NCBI GenBank assembly: GCA_965237675.1
Contig: OZ250150.1
Coordinates: forward strand, 1,280,001 to 1,344,000
Reading direction: 5' to 3'
DNA: 64,000 bases
Source: Candidatus Latescibacterota bacterium
GTDB taxonomy: Bacteria > Latescibacterota > UBA2968 > GCA-2709665
A program made the translations under genes and the position numbers. Every line of letters starts with the position of its first letter. The first letter of the stretch is position 1. The notes beneath the pieces were generated by a model that was given only the letters and a program-made list of their open reading frames with translations, was not told the DNA's origin and searched no databases. Below are positions 59,676 to 64,000 of this stretch, one piece after another.

Positions 59676-61019
59676 TCAGAATCGGAGGGTAAATACGGTT
59701 TCTTCTTCGGGTGTGGACCGGACACTGATGCCGCCGCGGTGCTGGCGCATAATCTGGCGGCACAGCGACAGACCGATACCCGATCCTTCGCGTCTGGTGG
59801 TAAAGAACGGGATGAAGATGCGCTCCTGCACGTCTTCGAGGATGCCCGGTCCGTTGTCCCGTACTCGGATGAGTACCCGGCCTCTTCGGTCGAGAAGGGC
59901 AACCAGGTCGATGCGGGCCCCGTCGCGTCCGTCCAGCGCGTGCATGGCGTTGCGCAGAAGATTGATGAGCACCTGCTCGATGAGGTCGGGGTCGGCCGTG
60001 GCCTCGAGAGACTCGGGATCGACTTCAGTGCGCAGCGCGATGCGTTTTCTCTCGCATTCCGGTTGCATGAGAGACACAACGCGGTCGAAGAGTTCGGCGA
60101 CCGGACAGATTTGAAAGTCCGGGCTGGGTATCCGCGTGAGCTGGCGATAGGTGTCCACAAAGTGTTGCAAACCTTCGCTGCGGGATTGTATGGTCTCAAG
60201 GGCGGCGTGCACGTCTGTCACGGTTTGGGGATCGAGCGACGACGCGCGTCCGGGTTCGGGAAAATGGCCGCGCACGGTTGAAGCGAGGGACGAAATGGGA
60301 GTGATCGAGTTCATGATTTCGTGGATAAGCACGCGGATGAGTTTCTGCCACGCCTCTATTTCCTGCTCTTCGAGTTCGCTCTGTATGTCCTGTACTGAGG
60401 CCAGAATATACGTATCGCCCCGCATTCGAATCTCGGTGCCGTGGATGATGATCTGCAGAAGTTCGTCCTCGTCCTGAACTTTGACCAGGGTTCTGTCGCC
60501 CGGGCGAAGGCCGAGCAATGTTTCAGAGAGGATTTTGCTTACCGGTTCAAGTTCGTGCACATTGTGGATATGGGGTCTGCGAAGCAGGCGCTGGGCCGCG
60601 GTGTTCATCAGTTCGATGCGTCCGTTGGGATCGTAACAGACCAGTCCCACGCCCACGTGTTGGACCACGGTCTGGAGGTATTGGAAGTTTTCTTCTTTTT
60701 CCGCCCGTGTCCTCCGGAAGGCGTTCAACACGTCGTTGAACGCCTTCCGGAGGTCGTCGAAAGCGGACCCGAGTCCGCGGCCGCTGAAGGATTGGGAGAA
60801 GTCTTCGTACCGGATGGCCTGCAAAAAGCGGGTGAGATCCCGGTTCGTGCGCTCCACGTAGTGGATGAGGGCATAGGCCTGGTAGAGCGCGATGCCGGCA
60901 AGGATGATGACGGTGGTGTAGTACGACGTCTGAAAGAGGACGAACACAAGGGCGCAGATCGTGGCGCACAGAAAGGCCACCCGCACGATGCAGAGCGTCC
61001 GGAAGTGTCTATAGACCAT
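59676..61019 (-). CDS. Sensor histidine kinase (NtrY-like)
   Basis: Two TM segments, HEIMNSITPI, QVLINL..NA, DNG.GI, F.PFFTT...GSGIGL. Confidence 0.95.
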   Translation of the reverse strand: MVYRHFRTLCIVRVAFLCATICALVFVLFQTSYYTTVIILAGIALYQAYALIHYVERTNRDLTRFLQAIRYEDFSQSFSGRGLGSAFDDLRKAFNDVLNAFRRTRAEKEENFQYLQTVVQHVGVGLVCYDPNGRIELMNTAAQRLLRRPHIHNVHELEPVSKILSETLLGLRPGDRTLVKVQDEDELLQIIIHGTEIRMRGDTYILASVQDIQSELEEQEIEAWQKLIRVLIHEIMNSITPISSLASTVRGHFPEPGRASSLDPQTVTDVHAALETIQSRSEGLQHFVDTYRQLTRIPSPDFQICPVAELFDRVVSLMQPECERKRIALRTEVDPESLEATADPDLIEQVLINLLRNAMHALDGRDGARIDLVALLDRRGRVLIRVRDNGPGILEDVQERIFIPFFTTRREGSGIGLSLCRQIMRQHRGGISVRSTPEEETVFTLRF

Positions 61020-62385
61020 ATTTTTCCAGCCTGCGGTATAAAGCGCTGCGTGTGATGCCCAGTTCCCGGGCGGTGTGGCTGATGTTGCCTTTATACTTCT
61101 CGATGGCTTTGCGAATCGCGGTCTTCTCGATGCGTTCGAGGTTGAAGTCTTCGCAGTGGATGTGGTCGCCCGTGGTGGTTTCTGATGTGCTGAGCGGAAA
61201 GTCCGCCGGTTGCAGCGTGCCGTTTTCGTTCATGATGACGGCGCGCTCGATGGCATGCTGGAGTTCGCGGACGTTTCCTGGCCAGGAATAGGTTTTGAGT
61301 TTTTCCATGGTGCGGGGATGCAGGCCGATGCGGTGCTTTTTGTATTTCCTGCAATACCTGTCCAGGAAATTGCCGACGAGGAGCGGCAGGTCTTCGCCGC
61401 GGTCCCGGAGCGGCGGCAACTGGATTTCAACGGTGTTGATGCGGTAGAGCAGGTCCTGGCGGAATTCGTTCCGGGTGGCCAGTTCGTGGATGGGCGTATT
61501 GGTGGCGCAGACGAGCCTGATATCGATCGGGACGGGCTTGTTGGTGCCCAGACGAAAAACGGTGCGTTTTTCGAGTACGGTGAGCAGTTTGGCCTGAAGC
61601 GGTAAAGAGAGGTTGCCGATTTCATCCAGGAAGAACGTTCCGCCCGACGCGGTTTCAAACCGCCCCGCCCTGCCTTCTTTGGCGTCTGTAAAGGCGCCTT
61701 TTTTGTGCCCGAAAAGTTCGCTCTCGAAAAGGGTCTCGGGGACGGCGCCGAGGTCGACGTGGATGAAGACCTGGTCCGCGCGGCCGGATCTCCGGTGAAG
61801 GGCGCGCGCAACCGCGTCTTTGCCCGTTCCGTTGTCGCCCAGGATGAGCACGTTGGCGTCGGTGGCGGCGACCTTCCGGATGGTTTCGAAGACTTCGCGC
61901 ATGACCGGCGAGACGGCCACGATGCCGGGAAACTGCCTGTCCAGGTCGGCGTGGAGTTGCTTCTGGCGAGAGCGAAGCCGAACGACGTCGAGGCGCGACC
62001 GGCGGAGGCTGGCTGCCGAGGACAGCGTGGCCAGCAGTTTCTCGTTCTGCCAGGGTTTGAGGACGAAGTCAGTCGCGCCTTCCTTGATGGCCTGCACAGC
62101 CGTCTTGACGTCGCCGAACGCCGTGATGAGGACGACCACGGCGGAAGGATCGATCTCCAGAATCCGCCGCAGCCAGTGAAACCCTTCCCTCCCCGAGGTG
62201 GCGTCCCGGGCAAAGTTCATATCCAGGAGGATCACGTCGTAGGCGTCGTTCTGCAGCAGTTCGGGAATACGGTCGGGATCGGTTTCGGTATCCACCCGCC
62301 CGGCGTGCTGCTTGAGAAAGAGCTGTGCGGCCAACAGCACGTCGCGGTCGTCGTCGACAATAAGGATCTTATCGAATGATTTCAT
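61009..62385 (-). CDS. sigma54-dependent response regulator (NtrC family)
   Basis: Receiver domain, G.NGTGK, ESELFGH.KGAFTDA, FLDEIG, DLLYR, WPGNVREL and Fis-type HTH. Confidence 0.97.
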   Translation of the reverse strand: MKSFDKILIVDDDRDVLLAAQLFLKQHAGRVDTETDPDRIPELLQNDAYDVILLDMNFARDATSGREGFHWLRRILEIDPSAVVVLITAFGDVKTAVQAIKEGATDFVLKPWQNEKLLATLSSAASLRRSRLDVVRLRSRQKQLHADLDRQFPGIVAVSPVMREVFETIRKVAATDANVLILGDNGTGKDAVARALHRRSGRADQVFIHVDLGAVPETLFESELFGHKKGAFTDAKEGRAGRFETASGGTFFLDEIGNLSLPLQAKLLTVLEKRTVFRLGTNKPVPIDIRLVCATNTPIHELATRNEFRQDLLYRINTVEIQLPPLRDRGEDLPLLVGNFLDRYCRKYKKHRIGLHPRTMEKLKTYSWPGNVRELQHAIERAVIMNENGTLQPADFPLSTSETTTGDHIHCEDFNLERIEKTAIRKAIEKYKGNISHTARELGITRSALYRRLEKYGL

Positions 62386-62497
62386 TGAAGCCTCATGCGT
62401 TCAGGCATGAATAGGCAGACGATACCCGAACGCGGGAACCCGCGCGAAGGGTACGACGACCAATCATGCTGGAAATGTCTCATTCCTTAACAAGAGG

Positions 62498-62513
62498 TGC
62501 ATTTTTCGTGCCA
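62498..62513 (-). promoter_or_regulatory. sigma54 -24/-12 promoter of the regulator operon
   Basis: TGGCACGAAAAATGCA on the minus strand. Confidence 0.7.
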
Positions 62514-62600
62514 ATATGCCTCTTGAATCGAATTTGCGTACAACCATAATGATCACAGAGACTTATCCTGTCAAGCAGTTCGAGGGCCGGCGTCTCTTAT

Positions 62601-62639
62601 GTGTTCAATTTCGAACACTGCTGTATCATTATCGGACAC
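62601..62639. promoter_or_regulatory. Tandem palindromic enhancer (UAS) candidates
   Basis: GTGTTCAATTTCGAACAC and TGTATCATTATCGGACAC, roughly midway between the two sigma54 promoters. Confidence 0.6.
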
Positions 62640-62701
62640 TTAAAGGCTGGCTTTTTCGACGGAACAGTGCTAAGTACCTGTAAAATCGGGCGAAAAGCAC
62701 G

Positions 62702-62717
62702 TGGCACGCCTGTTGCT
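62702..62717 (+). promoter_or_regulatory. sigma54 -24/-12 promoter of the permease
   Basis: TGGCACGCCTGTTGCT, the consensus TGGCAC-N5-TTGC. Confidence 0.85.
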
Positions 62718-62801
62718 TCAGGTACGGATGGATCAGCGTGTCGCCAGGGAGTGCAATGCGGGCGCGGGCATTGTCGGTTACAACCAGAAAGGAGTCGGGT
62801 G

Positions 62802-64000
62802 ATGTTCTGGAATTATCTCAAAGTAGCTTACCGAAATCTGGTGCGGCACCCCCTTTATGCCGCGATCAACGTGGTGGGCCTGGGCATCGCGATAGCGTTC
62901 TGTGTACTGGCGTTCCTTTATGTACGTCACGAGTGGACTTACGATGCGTTTCATAAAAATGCTGATCGCATTTACAGGGTCTACGCGGAATTTGAAAGCA
63001 GCCGAACTTCAGACAATACACCAAGGGCATTGGGGCCTACGATGTCGGAGGCGTTTCCGGACGTCCGTTCCGTTAGAATGAATTCCGTGGCGCGCCTGAT
63101 CCGTCATCGAGATCAAACGACTCGTGCAGGCTTTCTTCAGGCAGATCCATCAATTCTGGAGGTTTTCTCCTTTCCTCTGATCAAGGGAAATCCGGCCACC
63201 GCGTTGGAGGCTCCGGACTACGTGGTGATTACCGAAACCATGGCTGAGACATATTTCTCAGGACAGGATCCGATCGGAAAGTCGATTTCCGTCCGGGATG
63301 TCGAACCGAAAGTGATAGAATTGGCTGGCGGAGGATCCGGGGTGCGTATGATCTCCTTCGGACTAACGCAACCGTCACCTGAAACCAAGCAGGAAGAGTC
63401 GGATAAACTTCCGACTCAGGAATTGACTGTAACCGGTGTGATCAGGGACATTCCCAAAAACTCCACCCTTCGCTTTGACTTTCTCTTTGCTTTCAACCCT
63501 GCGGTGCAGAAACGGGAATGGGACATCGTGAACACTTACGTTTTGCTACCGGAAGATCTGAGCCCCCTGGAAATGGAGCGCCGGCTTGACGACCTTTCGA
63601 TACCGTGGCCCGGGAGCCGACGCCCGGAGAAGCTGAAGTTGCAGCGACTTAGAGACATTCACTTTAATTCTGGAGACATCGGCCCCGACCTTAGCGTCGG
63701 TCGCGTAATTAGCCGTCCCGGAAAGCCCGTCCATTCGTATATCCTGGCGGGCATTGCGATCCTCGTGCTGATCGTGGCCACAGTCAACTATACGAGCCTT
63801 TCGGTGGGCCGGTCGTTTTCTCGCGTCCGCGAAGTCGGAATGCGCAAGGTGGCCGGGGGTATACGAACGCAACTGGCGAGGCAGTTTCTGGCGGAATCGG
63901 TTATGCTGACACTGATCGCGGTTGCGCTCGGGCTGGCTCTGGCCGAACTGTTCATGCCGGGTTTCAACAGTCTGATCAGCAGGAAATTTGCCCTGTCCGA
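62802..64000 (+). CDS. MacB/FtsX-like ABC transporter permease (runs off window end)
   Basis: Manual translation MFWNYLKVAYRNL.RH..Y..INV.GL.I...E.TYD.FH.NADRIYRV ... NY..LS......R.REVGMRKV.G..R.QL..QFL.ES. Confidence 0.92.
   Translation, partial: MFWNYLKVAYRNLVRHPLYAAINVVGLGIAIAFCVLAFLYVRHEWTYDAFHKNADRIYRVYAEFESSRTSDNTPRALGPTMSEAFPDVRSVRMNSVARLIRHRDQTTRAGFLQADPSILEVFSFPLIKGNPATALEAPDYVVITETMAETYFSGQDPIGKSISVRDVEPKVIELAGGGSGVRMISFGLTQPSPETKQEESDKLPTQELTVTGVIRDIPKNSTLRFDFLFAFNPAVQKREWDIVNTYVLLPEDLSPLEMERRLDDLSIPWPGSRRPEKLKLQRLRDIHFNSGDIGPDLSVGRVISRPGKPVHSYILAGIAILVLIVATVNYTSLSVGRSFSRVREVGMRKVAGGIRTQLARQFLAESVMLTLIAVALGLALAELFMPGFNSLISRKFALS

Overview
A GC-rich bacterial chromosome segment spanning the replication origin. 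The core is rsmG, mnmE, yidC, rnpA and rpmH on the minus strand, then dnaA, a DnaA-box cluster (oriC), dnaN, recF, dciA, gyrB and gyrA on the plus strand, with two parS sites nearby. Further right lie hom, tRNA-Asp, mfd, surA, an S4 protein, nrnA, argF, tmk, ctpA, an ATP-grasp/larE/def/PHP/pncB/moaD/moaE run, a glycan-degradation block (heparinase II/III, CocE/NonD, alpha/alpha-barrel protein, Gfo/Idh/MocA) and a sigma54 two-component system facing a MacB-type permease. The gene content suggests an uncultured FCB-related lineage such as Latescibacterota or Gemmatimonadota; this is inference only. Most notable observations: (1) an XRE helix-turn-helix domain fused in frame to a methylmalonyl-CoA mutase catalytic subunit, with palindromes in its own promoter and a parS site written into active-site codons; (2) signs of origin-proximal erosion, namely a collapsed ftsE-envC chimera, a yidD-like remnant and mnmG replaced by repeats; (3) a dispersed ~110-bp composite REP-bearing repeat plus an IS5-like MITE; (4) NrdR-like boxes between rpmH and dnaA, and a second DnaA-box/AT-rich cluster about 12 kb from oriC. 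No CRISPR array, rRNA, integrase or transposase gene was seen. All calls come from reading the sequence; no database search was run.
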